DNA of 44,394 nt from Terriglobales bacterium (GTDB lineage: Bacteria > Acidobacteriota > Terriglobia > Terriglobales > Acidobacteriaceae): NCBI GenBank assembly GCA_038236965.1, contig JBBRZF010000005.1, positions 1-44,394 on the forward strand. Direction: 5' to 3'. Under the pieces are notes generated by a model, which saw only the letters and a program-made list of their open reading frames with translations, was not told where the DNA came from and did no database searches. Within the stretch, counting starts at the first letter, position 1, and each line of letters opens with the position of its first letter. This document shows positions 1 to 8,625 of this stretch, piece after piece. Made by a program: the position numbers and the translations under genes.

Positions 1-81
1 ACTCCCAACCCGCTGAAAACAAAGATTCAGAAACGAACGAAAAAGGGAGGGGGAGGCCGCTTGCCTCCAGATAAACATCCA

Positions 82-130
82 GGCGAGCGTTGCTCGCCCG
101 CCACGGACGAGGCGTCCGGGCCCACGCGAG
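82..130 (+). repeat. Dispersed double-hairpin repeat, copy 1 of 4 (GGCGAGC-NNN-GCTCGCC + CGCCACGGACGRGGCGTCCGGGCCCACGCG)
   Basis: Near-identical sequence recurs at 15702-15749, 44207-44255 and 44347-44394, all in the same orientation. It contains two palindromic stems, GGCGAGC/GCTCGCC and GGACG/CGTCC. It lies just downstream of the recG stop. Confidence 0.8.
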
Positions 131-217
131 ACAGAGGCAACAGAGCAGAGGCAGAGGCAAGAGCAGAGGCAGAGGCAAGAGCAGAGGCAGAGGCAAGAGC
201 AAAGTCAGAGGCAGAGC
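131..217. repeat. Tandem 18-mer repeat (CAGAGGCAGAGGCAAGAG, about 4.5 copies)
   Basis: Direct reading: three perfect 18-mer copies at 146-199 flanked by degenerate copies. It generates the spurious EAEARAEAEAR ORF at 61-285. Confidence 0.85.
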
Positions 218-228
218 GACGGCGAAAC

Positions 229-2418
229 TTAGCCGACTTCGACGAGGCCGTAGCGGCGGTTCCAGTGGGATTGGAGATATTTTAGGGCGCGGTTGCGTTC
301 TTCGGGGGAGACTTCGTGTTCGGGGGCGGCGAGGGTGTAGCGGGCTTCCTTCTTGGCGGCCTCTAAAAGGTCGCGGTCGCGGATGATGTTGGCTACGCGG
401 AGCGAGGGCATTCCGGCCTGGCGGGTGCCGAAGAATTCTCCGGGGCCGCGAAGTTCTAAATCCTTTTCCGCAATCTGAAAGCCGTCGGTGGTGGCGACCA
501 TGGTGTCGAGGCGTTGCTCGGCTTCGGGGGTGATCTTGGGGCCGGTCATGAGGATGCAATAGGACTTTGCGCTGCCTCGCCCGATGCGTCCGCGAAGCTG
601 GTGTAGCTGCGAGAGTCCGAAGCGCTCGGCGTGTTCGATGATCATGAGCGATGCGTTGGGCACGTCTACGCCGACCTCGATGACGGTGGTGGAGACGAGC
701 ACGTTGAGCTCGCCGCGCTGGAAGCGCGACATGGCGATTTCTTTTTCGGCGGCGTCCATGCGTCCGTGGAGAAGGCCTACGCGCGCTTTGGCAAATGGCC
801 CGGTGCGTAGCTGGTCGTACATCTGCATGGCGGCCTTGAGTTGCTGGCGTCCGGTGCCGGGCGGCTTGGAATCGGCGGGAGAGTCGGCGGGCGCTTGCTC
901 GGCCTCGGCCTCTTCGATGACGGGATAGACGATGTAGACCTGATTTCCGGCGGCGATGACTTTTTTGGCGAAGGTCCAGACTTCGTCGGAACGATCGTCG
1001 GGCACGCGGCGAGTGACGATGGGCGTGCGTCCGGGCGGAAGTTCGTCGATGGTGCTGACGTCGAGATCGCCATAGATGGTGAGGGCGAGCGTGCGCGGGA
1101 TGGGAGTGGCCGTCATAACGACGGTGTCCGGAACCTGCGTGGTCTTGCGCATGAGCTTGAGGCGCTGCATGACGCCGAAGCGATGCTGTTCGTCAACGAT
1201 GACCAATCCGAGCTTTGCGAATTCGACGCCTTCTTCGAGAAGCGCGTGGGTGCCGATGACGAGTTGCGCGTCTCCGCTGGCGATGTGCCGGCGGGTGTCG
1301 CGCTTGCGGTCGGCTTCGAGCGAGCCGGTGAGGAGGACGATGCGGTATCCGGCGCGTTCGAGGATGCGTCGCGCGGAGAGAAAATGTTGCGTGGCTAGAA
1401 TCTCGGTGGGCGCCATGATGGCGACCTGGTAGCCGTTCTCGATGGCGATGATGGCGGACTGGAAGGCGATGATGGTTTTGCCGGAGCCGACGTCGCCCTG
1501 CAATAGTCGGCGCATGGGCGTGGGCTGCTGCATCTCGGAGGCGATCTCCTTCATCACGCGCTTTTGCGCAGCGGTGGGATGGAAGGGGAGGATGCGTTTG
1601 ACGGCCTGGCGTATGGGGTCGGTGACCTGGAAGGCGATGCCGGGTTGCTGACGCATGCGGCGGCGCTTGAGCTCGAGGCCGAGTTCGAGGAAGTAAAGTT
1701 CTTCGAAGATGAGGCGCTGGTGCGCGGGTGTGCGAGAGGATTGCAGCAGGGGAAAGCTCTCGCCCTCGTCGGGCCAATGCGCGTGCCAGAAGGCTTGCTG
1801 GCGCGGCATGAGCTGCATGTGTCCGCGGACGATGGCGGGGATGGCGTCGGGCAGGTCGTCGCTGAGATTCGAGAGCGCGCCGTGTATGACTTTGCGGAAC
1901 CAGCGGGAGGAGAGTTTTCCGCTAGCTTCGTAGATGGGGACGATGCGTCCCATCTCGAGGGACTGCATCTCTTCGGGGCTGGCGCCGTCTTCGGCCATGC
2001 CGAGGATTTCGAATTGCGGCTGCGTCATGACGAGCGCGCCGCGTCCCTTGGTGCTTTGATCGACCTTGCCGTAGAGGGCGACGAGCTGGCCGGGCTGGAA
2101 CTTGTCCTTCAAATAAGGCGCGTGAAACCAGGTGGACTTGAGGGTGTGGCGGCCCTGTCCGGCGGTCATCTCGAAGATCTGCAGGCCGCGATTTCGGGTT
2201 CGGAACAGGCCAGAGGTGCGGACTTCGGCGATGACGGTGGCCATCTCGCCGGGCATCAACTCGGGAATGGTGCGGGGATTGAGGCGGTCTTCGTAGCGGA
2301 AGGGGAGGTAGTAGAGAAGATCTTCGACGACGGAGATTCCCTTGGCTGCGAGCACTTCGGCGAGGCGCGGACCGATGCCCTTGACGTACTGGACAGGAGT
2401 GGTGAGGTCGATGGACAT
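229..2418 (-). CDS. recG: ATP-dependent DNA helicase RecG
   Basis: 729-aa ORF with an N-terminal wedge domain, Walker A GDVGSGKT, DEQHRFGV (DEAH-like) and helicase motifs VI; typical RecG length and architecture. Confidence 0.95.
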   Translation of the reverse strand: MSIDLTTPVQYVKGIGPRLAEVLAAKGISVVEDLLYYLPFRYEDRLNPRTIPELMPGEMATVIAEVRTSGLFRTRNRGLQIFEMTAGQGRHTLKSTWFHAPYLKDKFQPGQLVALYGKVDQSTKGRGALVMTQPQFEILGMAEDGASPEEMQSLEMGRIVPIYEASGKLSSRWFRKVIHGALSNLSDDLPDAIPAIVRGHMQLMPRQQAFWHAHWPDEGESFPLLQSSRTPAHQRLIFEELYFLELGLELKRRRMRQQPGIAFQVTDPIRQAVKRILPFHPTAAQKRVMKEIASEMQQPTPMRRLLQGDVGSGKTIIAFQSAIIAIENGYQVAIMAPTEILATQHFLSARRILERAGYRIVLLTGSLEADRKRDTRRHIASGDAQLVIGTHALLEEGVEFAKLGLVIVDEQHRFGVMQRLKLMRKTTQVPDTVVMTATPIPRTLALTIYGDLDVSTIDELPPGRTPIVTRRVPDDRSDEVWTFAKKVIAAGNQVYIVYPVIEEAEAEQAPADSPADSKPPGTGRQQLKAAMQMYDQLRTGPFAKARVGLLHGRMDAAEKEIAMSRFQRGELNVLVSTTVIEVGVDVPNASLMIIEHAERFGLSQLHQLRGRIGRGSAKSYCILMTGPKITPEAEQRLDTMVATTDGFQIAEKDLELRGPGEFFGTRQAGMPSLRVANIIRDRDLLEAAKKEARYTLAAPEHEVSPEERNRALKYLQSHWNRRYGLVEVG

Positions 2419-2513
2419 CCAGGCAAAAGATTACTTGGTATTCGGAAATTTTGTAATCGGGTAAATGAATCGGCGGGGAAAGTCTTATTCAGGAAACCAG
2501 TTGGGGCGCGGCG

Positions 2514-2741
2514 GTGTCCAATGGAGAAGTGCCCAAGAATTTCCTTCAATCCTTGTATGCAGTGCTGATAGGCAATGCAGTGTACTTCCTCGTGCTGATG
2601 CCATTGCTTCCCTACCGGGCGAGGCATGTAGCGCCGCGACTCGATCTGGGAATCGTTGTGGACTTCTGGGTATGCGTGGTGGTGTACGGCATCCTGGAAA
2701 TGGTAAGTCGCAGGAAAAAGCAAAAACAGCGCGAGAGTTGA
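2514..2741 (+). CDS. Hypothetical small membrane protein (75 aa, GTG start), uncertain
   Basis: ORF in the recG/GGDEF divergent intergenic region with two hydrophobic helices (LYAVLIGNAVYFLVLMPLL; LGIVVDFWVCVVVYGIL) and a basic tail RRKKQKQRES. GC3 is lower than in neighbours and there is no clear RBS. Confidence 0.25.
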   Translation: MSNGEVPKNFLQSLYAVLIGNAVYFLVLMPLLPYRARHVAPRLDLGIVVDFWVCVVVYGILEMVSRRKKQKQRES

Positions 2742-2792
2742 TGTACACTCTGAGCCTCCCCCGAAACGACCGCGAAGGGCCTTGATCCCAGC

Positions 2793-4286
2793 ATGCAAAA
2801 GATTGCGATTTTATACGACGCCAGCCAGGCGGTACTCTCGACGTTCGATCTGGACGAAGTGCTGAACCGGATCCTCGGCATCGCACGCGATTATTTTCGG
2901 TTGCAGAACGGCGCCATCCTCCTGCTGGACAAAGAAACGAACGTGCTGGTGGTGCGCGCGAGCTTCGGACGACTGGAAGACGGGGCCGCGGTGAAAGACG
3001 TCACCATGGAGCAGGGGCTGACGGGTGCGGCGGCACGGCTGAAACGCCCCATCTACGCGCCCGATGTTTCGAAGGATGCGCGCTACATTCCAGACAATCC
3101 GTACACGCGGTCGGAATTCGCCATTCCGCTGATGGTGCGAGACGAAGTAGTGGGCGTGCTGGATTGCCAGAGCGGCGAGCTCAATCATTTTGATTCAGAG
3201 ACGATGGACCTGCTGACGCTGTTCGCGACGCAGGCGTCGATAGGGTTGCAGAACGCGCACCTGTATTCGATGGAGCAGCGGCGCGGGGCGCAACTGGAAG
3301 CGATCAACGCCATCGCGAAGCAAGCCACGGGCGTGCTCGATATGCAGGAGCTGCTGAACAAGGTTTGTACGCTGCTGTTGCAGAATTTTCCTCTGGACCA
3401 CGTGGCGATATTTCTGCGCGACGATGAAAGCAATCTGGTGCTGCGCTCGCACGAAGGCAAACTGACGCCCCTGATATCGGAAGGCGATAGTCTTCCACCC
3501 GACGCACTCTGCACGGCGCGCGCGCTGAAGTCGGGCATGACGACGATAGAAGTGATGCGCGAGGACAGCCTGGGACATTGCTTCAAGGAGACGCGCTCGG
3601 AGATATGCCTACCGCTGGTTTCTTTCAACGACAAGATAGGGCTGCTTGCGTGCCACAGCGCCACGCCCCACGCGTTTCTGCCCAATGATGTGCAGGCGCT
3701 GGAGTCGGTGGCCGACATCATCTCAGCCGCGATACAGAATGCGCATTACGTGGAAACCGTGCGGCAACTGGCCTATCGCGACGGACTGACGGGGCTCTTC
3801 AACCGGCGATACTTCGATATGCGAATCCTGGAGGAGATGGAGCGGGCGGCGCGCTACGCAGGCGGTCTATCGGTTCTGGTGATCGACATCGACCACTTCA
3901 AACAGGTGAATGACGAGTTTGGACATCTACTGGGAGATGAAGTGCTGCGGCAGGTGGCCTCCATCTTTACGTTGCAACTGCGGAAGGTGGATATTATCTG
4001 CCGGTACGGGGGCGAGGAGTTTGCCATCGTGGTTCCGGCGACGAGCGGAACCAACGCGATCGCGGTCGCGGAAAAACTTCGAAAGGTTGTAGGAGGCTGG
4101 CACTTCGCGGGCGTGCCACGAGAGGTGACGATAAGCATAGGGGTCGCCGACTATCCCGAGCACGGAACCACAAGAGATGGGCTGGTGCGCGCGGCAGACG
4201 CGGCACTTTATCTGGCAAAACAACGGGGACGCAATCGGGTGCAATCGGCCAGCATGAAGGAATTCACTACTACGCAAGGCGCATAG
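2793..4286 (+). CDS. GAF-GAF-GGDEF diguanylate cyclase
   Basis: Two GAF-like regions followed by a GGDEF domain with active-site RYGGEEF and an RxxD I-site (RKVD) five residues upstream; 497 aa. Confidence 0.9.
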   Translation: MQKIAILYDASQAVLSTFDLDEVLNRILGIARDYFRLQNGAILLLDKETNVLVVRASFGRLEDGAAVKDVTMEQGLTGAAARLKRPIYAPDVSKDARYIPDNPYTRSEFAIPLMVRDEVVGVLDCQSGELNHFDSETMDLLTLFATQASIGLQNAHLYSMEQRRGAQLEAINAIAKQATGVLDMQELLNKVCTLLLQNFPLDHVAIFLRDDESNLVLRSHEGKLTPLISEGDSLPPDALCTARALKSGMTTIEVMREDSLGHCFKETRSEICLPLVSFNDKIGLLACHSATPHAFLPNDVQALESVADIISAAIQNAHYVETVRQLAYRDGLTGLFNRRYFDMRILEEMERAARYAGGLSVLVIDIDHFKQVNDEFGHLLGDEVLRQVASIFTLQLRKVDIICRYGGEEFAIVVPATSGTNAIAVAEKLRKVVGGWHFAGVPREVTISIGVADYPEHGTTRDGLVRAADAALYLAKQRGRNRVQSASMKEFTTTQGA

Positions 4287-4314
4287 TTTCGCGGAGCCAA
4301 AAGCAAGAAAAGGA

Positions 4315-4341
4315 AAGAGCGCGACACGAGGTCGCGCTCTT
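4315..4341. terminator. Perfect 11-bp-stem hairpin between convergent genes (AAGAGCGCGAC-ACGAG-GTCGCGCTCTT)
   Basis: Perfect inverted repeat. On the minus strand it is followed by TTCCTTTTCTTGCTTTTGG, so it is a rho-independent terminator for the PDZ gene and probably also serves the GGDEF gene. Confidence 0.75.
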
Positions 4342-4365
4342 AACTTTATCAGGGGGAGTGCGAGC

Positions 4366-5493
4366 CTAGTCTTCGTCCAAGCCTTGTTTCTGAAGGTCTT
4401 TTTTCAACTGCTCCATCGCCTTCTTCTGTTCCTTCATCGCCTTGTCGATCTGAAGCTGGACATCTTTCTGTATCTGGCGCGCGTTGACGGAATCACGCAG
4501 GGTGAGTTCGATCTGCGGGCGTTGCAGTTCCATGTCTTTCATTGCCAGGAGCGCCATGCGTTTCTGATCGGCGACTTTGGGCATGAAGCTTTTTATATCG
4601 GCCTGCAGGTCATCGAAATCAAAGTCAAAATCAAAATCGAAGGAATTGTTGTTGAAGGAATTTTCCTTGGACTTGCGTTCGGGGAACTTGATGTTGAGGG
4701 TGACTTCGCGTTTGTCGCGAACGACGACGACGCTCGCTGCGCCGGAGCGCCCGCGAGTGACGCGACGCCAATCGCCGACGTCGGAGATCTTTTCCTTGTC
4801 GAGGCGAACGATGACGTCACCGGCTTTAAGTCCTGCGGTATCGGCTGCGCCGCCCTTTTCGACGGAGCGGATGAGCACACCGCCTTCACCCTTGACGCCG
4901 AAGAAATCGGCTAGTTGCGGGGTGATGTTCTCGACCATGAGGCCACCGCGTCCGGGGCTCGTCATGTAGACGTTCACCGAGGGGATGTCCATATCGAAGG
5001 CGGGAAGCGCGGGAATTGCGGGCATGGAGTTGGGGCCGGCGATAACGATGTGCCTGCGCATGTTGTTCTTCATGGCCAGTTTGCGATCGCCGAGCGAGAC
5101 CGGCACATTCAGTATCTGTCCGTCGCGACTGATGCCAAGCGCGACCTGGCGCCCGGGCGGCACTTCGCGGATCATGCGCCGCAGTTGTTCGACGCCTTCG
5201 ACCTTCTGTCCGTTGAAGGCGAGGATGACGTCTTTCTCTTTCAGTCCGGCCTTACCTGCGGGCGCGTCCTGATCGACCATGGTTATTTCCACGCCTGATT
5301 CGTCTTTCAATTTGAGCGGGGCGACGCGGTCGGTGGTGACATCGCGCGTATCCACGCCGAGATAAGAGCCGTTGCCCCAAGCTCCGTCGTCTCCTTGAAA
5401 GACGGTCGGGCATGGGCAGACATCTGCAAGGGCTGCCGTGCTGAACACGAGAGCCATCGCCAATATAGTGCCGAGATAGATTCCCTTCCGCAT
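4366..5493 (-). CDS. Periplasmic tandem-PDZ protein with (DF)n repeat and Lys-rich C-terminal coiled coil
   Basis: ATG at 5493 preceded by a GAGGAG RBS. Signal peptide MRKGIYLGTILAMALVFSTAALA. Two PDZ domains (GVEITMVDQDAPAGKAGLKEKDVILAFNGQKV; GGVLIRSVEKGGAADTAGLKAGDVIVRLD) with no protease domain. It has FDFDFDFDFDD and a C-terminal KAMKEQKKAMEQLKKDLQKQ heptad region. The longer 444-aa ORF in the track begins upstream of this RBS/ATG. Confidence 0.8.
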   Translation of the reverse strand: MRKGIYLGTILAMALVFSTAALADVCPCPTVFQGDDGAWGNGSYLGVDTRDVTTDRVAPLKLKDESGVEITMVDQDAPAGKAGLKEKDVILAFNGQKVEGVEQLRRMIREVPPGRQVALGISRDGQILNVPVSLGDRKLAMKNNMRRHIVIAGPNSMPAIPALPAFDMDIPSVNVYMTSPGRGGLMVENITPQLADFFGVKGEGGVLIRSVEKGGAADTAGLKAGDVIVRLDKEKISDVGDWRRVTRGRSGAASVVVVRDKREVTLNIKFPERKSKENSFNNNSFDFDFDFDFDDLQADIKSFMPKVADQKRMALLAMKDMELQRPQIELTLRDSVNARQIQKDVQLQIDKAMKEQKKAMEQLKKDLQKQGLDED

Positions 5494-5504
5494 GACGTAC
5501 TCCT

Positions 5505-6728
5505 CTATTTTGACCGTCGGAATTCGATCTGCCCGATCGAGGTACGGACCTTGAGAACCGGTCCGCCTCCATTTAGTGCTCCGTCCAGGTACATCGTTTT
5601 GGGGCCGAAATCGCCCCCTTCCGAAGTGATCTTCAACTCCGGAAAATCTGTTCGAATTCCGCGTCCGGAAGCGATTTCGCTGGCCGCGTGAATGGTGCAA
5701 GGCACATTGGCGAGATAGACGACGACGTCTCCGGCGGTGGTTCGCAATCCGGAATCGGTGAATGCGCCGCGTCCGGCGATGAACTCCGCAGTGATAGAAC
5801 CTGCGCCGCTCTGAGCCTGCGCGCCCTTGGCGAGCTTGAAGAGTTCGACATTGCCGCCGCCGGTGATGGCGACGACGTGTCCCTTTGCGCCGCCGACGTG
5901 GATGTTGCCGCCACCGGTCTCGATGCGAAGCGCGCCGGTGACATCGCCGACATCGATAGAGCCGCCAGCGGTAGAGAGTTTCAGTTCGCCTTCGGAGTGG
6001 TTGACGCCGATGCTGCCGGCACCGGTCTGAATGAGGCCGCCGGCGACGTTGCCGACCGCGATGTTGCCGCCGAGGGTGGAGACATCCACACGCTTGGCGT
6101 TGGCGATGTTGATATTGCCGCCACCACTTTTAATGGAGACCTCGGCGTTGACGGTGCCGATCTGGATGTTGCCTCCGGCGGTGCGAGCGCGCACGCTGCC
6201 ATTGATGTCATCGAGATTGACGGTGCCGCCGCCGGTGGCGACTTCCACGCGACCGTTGGTATTGGACACGGCCACGTTGCCGCCATCGCTGGCGACATTG
6301 ATGAGTTGCATGTTGCGTGGAACCTCGACGACGATCTCCACGGTGAAGCGCGCCATGTCGCCGCCGGTGCGGGTGCCGTCGAGGGTGGCGACCTCGTTGC
6401 GACGAGCGGCGGTGATGCGGAAGCGTTCGAACTGCTTGCGTGCTTCCTGTTCGCTGGAGGCGTAGCAGCGCTTGGTGGCAACCCAGCGAAGCTCCGGCGA
6501 GCCACCCTTGACGCGGACATTGCCGACATCGGTGGTAACGCGGAGTACATGGCCGGCAGGCGTGAGGACGCCGTTACTTTGTTCAACCCACGAGCGACCC
6601 TCGCGCACGACGCGCGATTGCGCCAGCACGGGCACGGCAGCCAGTAGCAGGGCGAGGACAAAAGCCACACGCACTGCACCGCGCCAATTGCCCGGCGAGA
6701 CGCTCTCGAGTTGGTGATTGCTTTTCAA
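5505..6728 (-). CDS. DUF4097-type beta-helix protein (putative adhesin-like, GGNI/GGSI repeats)
   Basis: TTG start at 6728 with a GGAGGAA RBS. Signal peptide AVRVAFVLALLLAAVPVLA. About ten tandem GGN(I/V) turns are typical of DUF4097/LiaF C-terminal-like domains. It sits 51 nt downstream of the anti-sigma gene. Confidence 0.8.
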   Translation of the reverse strand: MKSNHQLESVSPGNWRGAVRVAFVLALLLAAVPVLAQSRVVREGRSWVEQSNGVLTPAGHVLRVTTDVGNVRVKGGSPELRWVATKRCYASSEQEARKQFERFRITAARRNEVATLDGTRTGGDMARFTVEIVVEVPRNMQLINVASDGGNVAVSNTNGRVEVATGGGTVNLDDINGSVRARTAGGNIQIGTVNAEVSIKSGGGNINIANAKRVDVSTLGGNIAVGNVAGGLIQTGAGSIGVNHSEGELKLSTAGGSIDVGDVTGALRIETGGGNIHVGGAKGHVVAITGGGNVELFKLAKGAQAQSGAGSITAEFIAGRGAFTDSGLRTTAGDVVVYLANVPCTIHAASEIASGRGIRTDFPELKITSEGGDFGPKTMYLDGALNGGGPVLKVRTSIGQIEFRRSK

Positions 6729-6779
6729 AATTCCTCCGAAGTGCCCGGCCCGTATTCCTGGTACTCAGTAATAAATTTA

Positions 6780-7718
6780 CTAATCAATGTGCGGCATCGA
6801 GGCCATCAAACGGCGGGACTCGGTGCGAATGAAAGCGCTGGGATCCTCTTGCGACAATTGCTGCAAGGCCTGGCGCACGCTGGTATCGGCCTTTACGGCT
6901 TCGAGGGCATGCAGCGCGCCGGTACGAACGCCGGGATTGTTGTCGTTCAACAAAGCTTCGAGAATGGCGTTGCGCACGCGGATGTCCTGCTTGACCAGAC
7001 CGGAAAGACCTTCGAGCGCCTTGAGGCGTACGCCGGGATTGCTGTCATAACGCAACGCGTAGATGAGCGCTTCGCGGACCTGCGGGTCGTCACTTTTTTT
7101 GTTGAGCAAATCGACGGAATCGATACGCACGCCGGAGTTGTAGTTGCTGCGCGAAGCCATCAACAAAAGCTGCTGTACCTTGGGGTCGCTGGTGGAACCG
7201 ACGTACTGCCCGGGAATGGTGGACTCGTACTGGATCTGAACCTTGTCGGAACCGGGCTCCTGGGTGATGCTGCGAATACCGGCGATAGACGCTTCCGTCT
7301 CGGGATGTTTTTCCTGCTGGACGTTGGCAGGAACTGCGATGCCGTGGGAGGCCATGCGATACATGGTGGCGGTGCCGCCGCCGAAGCCGACAATGAAGAT
7401 GACCGCGGCAAGCGCGGGGGAAAACTGAACCTGCTGCAGCCAGTGCATGGGGTCGAAGGCGAGGCGGAGCCATCCGCGCTTCTGCTCGGTGGTCTCAAGG
7501 GCTTCCTGCAAACTCATGCGGGCCGAGGCCAACAGGTTGGGAGTTACCTCCAACAAGGGCACGGCGTTCATGGCGTCCTGGAAGCGGCGAGTTTCCGAGA
7601 GCTCGGCGGCGCAATCGGTGCAGCGTTCGAGATGCTGTTCCAATTCGTGACGCGCGTCGTCGGCAAGTTCGCTGTACAGGTAAAGCGTTACGTTTTCTTT
7701 GACCCAATCGCAGTTCAT
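6780..7718 (-). CDS. Anti-sigma factor (N-terminal zinc-finger HxxxCxxC, one TM helix, periplasmic HEAT/PBS-lyase repeats)
   Basis: ATG with an AGAGGAA RBS. The motif HLERCTDCAAE is a ZAS-like zinc motif. TM segment LAAVIFIVGFGGG. The C-terminus has repeated NPGVR...AL HEAT-like units. It lies 37 nt downstream of the ECF sigma gene. Confidence 0.85.
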   Translation of the reverse strand: MNCDWVKENVTLYLYSELADDARHELEQHLERCTDCAAELSETRRFQDAMNAVPLLEVTPNLLASARMSLQEALETTEQKRGWLRLAFDPMHWLQQVQFSPALAAVIFIVGFGGGTATMYRMASHGIAVPANVQQEKHPETEASIAGIRSITQEPGSDKVQIQYESTIPGQYVGSTSDPKVQQLLLMASRSNYNSGVRIDSVDLLNKKSDDPQVREALIYALRYDSNPGVRLKALEGLSGLVKQDIRVRNAILEALLNDNNPGVRTGALHALEAVKADTSVRQALQQLSQEDPSAFIRTESRRLMASMPHID

Positions 7719-7755
7719 AATTCCTCTATAACCTTCTTGCCCGAAAACTTATTCA

Positions 7756-8352
7756 TCAGCGCATGTCCGCCAGCGCGGCGCGTAATTTCTGTGTTGCCCG
7801 GAAGAGAGTGTTCTTGGCCGTCTCTTCCGTTGTACTGAGCGCGTCACCAATGGTGCGCAGCTTTAATCCCTGGTAGTGCTTCATCTCAAAGACCATGCGC
7901 TCGCGAGGCGTCAATTTTTCCAGGGCCTTGGCGATACGCGCTCCCAGTTGGCGGCGCATCAGATCGCGTTCCGGACTGGCGCCAGAGCGGTCGTCCGCGA
8001 CCTGGTCGATGAGGCTGTACTCTGCGCCGCTCGAATCGGTGATGACGGGAGCGTCTTCCTTGCGCACCTGCCGCTTGCGCAGGTGATCGAGGCAGAGGTT
8101 GGTGACGATGCGGTAGATCCATGTGTAGAACGAACACTCGAAACGGAAGCTGCCGAGATTGCGATACGCCTTAAGGAACGCGTCCTGATAAATATCTTTT
8201 GCGTCCTGCTCGGAGCCGGTCATGTGAAGCGCGAGTCGCAACACGGCCTGATCGTATTGGCGTACGAGGTTCTCGAAGGCTGCGCGATCTCCGCGCTGCG
8301 CTTCGCGAATCAACTCGGCGTCGTTGATGCGACTCAGGCTCTGCCCAACCAT
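7756..8352 (-). CDS. ECF (sigma-70 family) RNA polymerase sigma factor
   Basis: Region 2 (DAFLKAYRNLGSFRFECSFYTWIYRIVTNLCLD) and region 4 (LTPRERMVFEMKHYQGLKLRTIGDALSTTEETAKNTLFRA) are present. Alignment with the E. coli RpoE N-terminus favours the ATG at 8352 (198 aa); in-frame ATGs at 8373, 8391 and 8490 are alternatives. Confidence 0.9.
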   Translation of the reverse strand: MVGQSLSRINDAELIREAQRGDRAAFENLVRQYDQAVLRLALHMTGSEQDAKDIYQDAFLKAYRNLGSFRFECSFYTWIYRIVTNLCLDHLRKRQVRKEDAPVITDSSGAEYSLIDQVADDRSGASPERDLMRRQLGARIAKALEKLTPRERMVFEMKHYQGLKLRTIGDALSTTEETAKNTLFRATQKLRAALADMR

Positions 8353-8604
8353 ATTTCCCTTGGCGGTAGTCATAACGGAACTGCGTCCCATGCTCGCTAC
8401 TCTGAAAATGTTCGGGACTGCTACCGTATCGGCTTGCATCGCTCCTACACCTGCCACCCTGAATAACAAGCCAACCACATATGCCTGCACTCATTTGGAC
8501 GATGTACGAGCGATTCCGTTAGCGCGGATTATAGAGCAAAAAAGTGTTGCTAAGTGCAAGGGAATAGGGGAGATGGGGAGATTTCGGGGTGTTAGGCGGG
8601 AGAA

Positions 8605-8625
8605 AAAAGTGTTCCGAATGTTCGG
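8605..8625. promoter_or_regulatory. Perfect palindrome TTCCGAA-TG-TTCGGAA in the divergent sigma/SPFH intergenic region
   Basis: Read directly. On the minus strand it contains GGAAC (the ECF -35 consensus core) about 215 nt upstream of the sigma-factor start, so it may be an autoregulated promoter or operator. Nearby direct repeats AAAAAAGTGTT occur twice (8538-8548 and 8600-8610). Confidence 0.3.

Noticed and set aside
61-386. ORFs 61-285 and 90-386 (EAEARAEAEAR... / RGRGKSRGRGK...).
   Set aside because: These are translation artefacts of the 18-mer tandem repeat and the REP-like element downstream of recG. They are low-complexity with no start context.
1564-2568. Long antisense ORF (334 aa) inside recG, and similar long antisense or shadow ORFs inside hemL (31205-32410), the DUF4097 gene (5688-6647), EF-G (20769-21947), the S18 gene (10586-11737), mfd (34167-35102, 35232-37031) and galU (38724-39659).
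   Set aside because: These are typical high-GC shadow ORFs. They lie opposite well-supported conserved genes, have Arg/Ala/Gly-rich composition and no homology signatures or RBS.
4366-5700. Full 444-aa track ORF for the PDZ protein, beginning MHHSRGQRNRFRTRNS...
   Set aside because: The first 69 codons are Arg-rich with no signal peptide. The internal ATG at 5493 has a GAGGAG RBS and starts a canonical signal peptide, so the upstream part is treated as non-coding.
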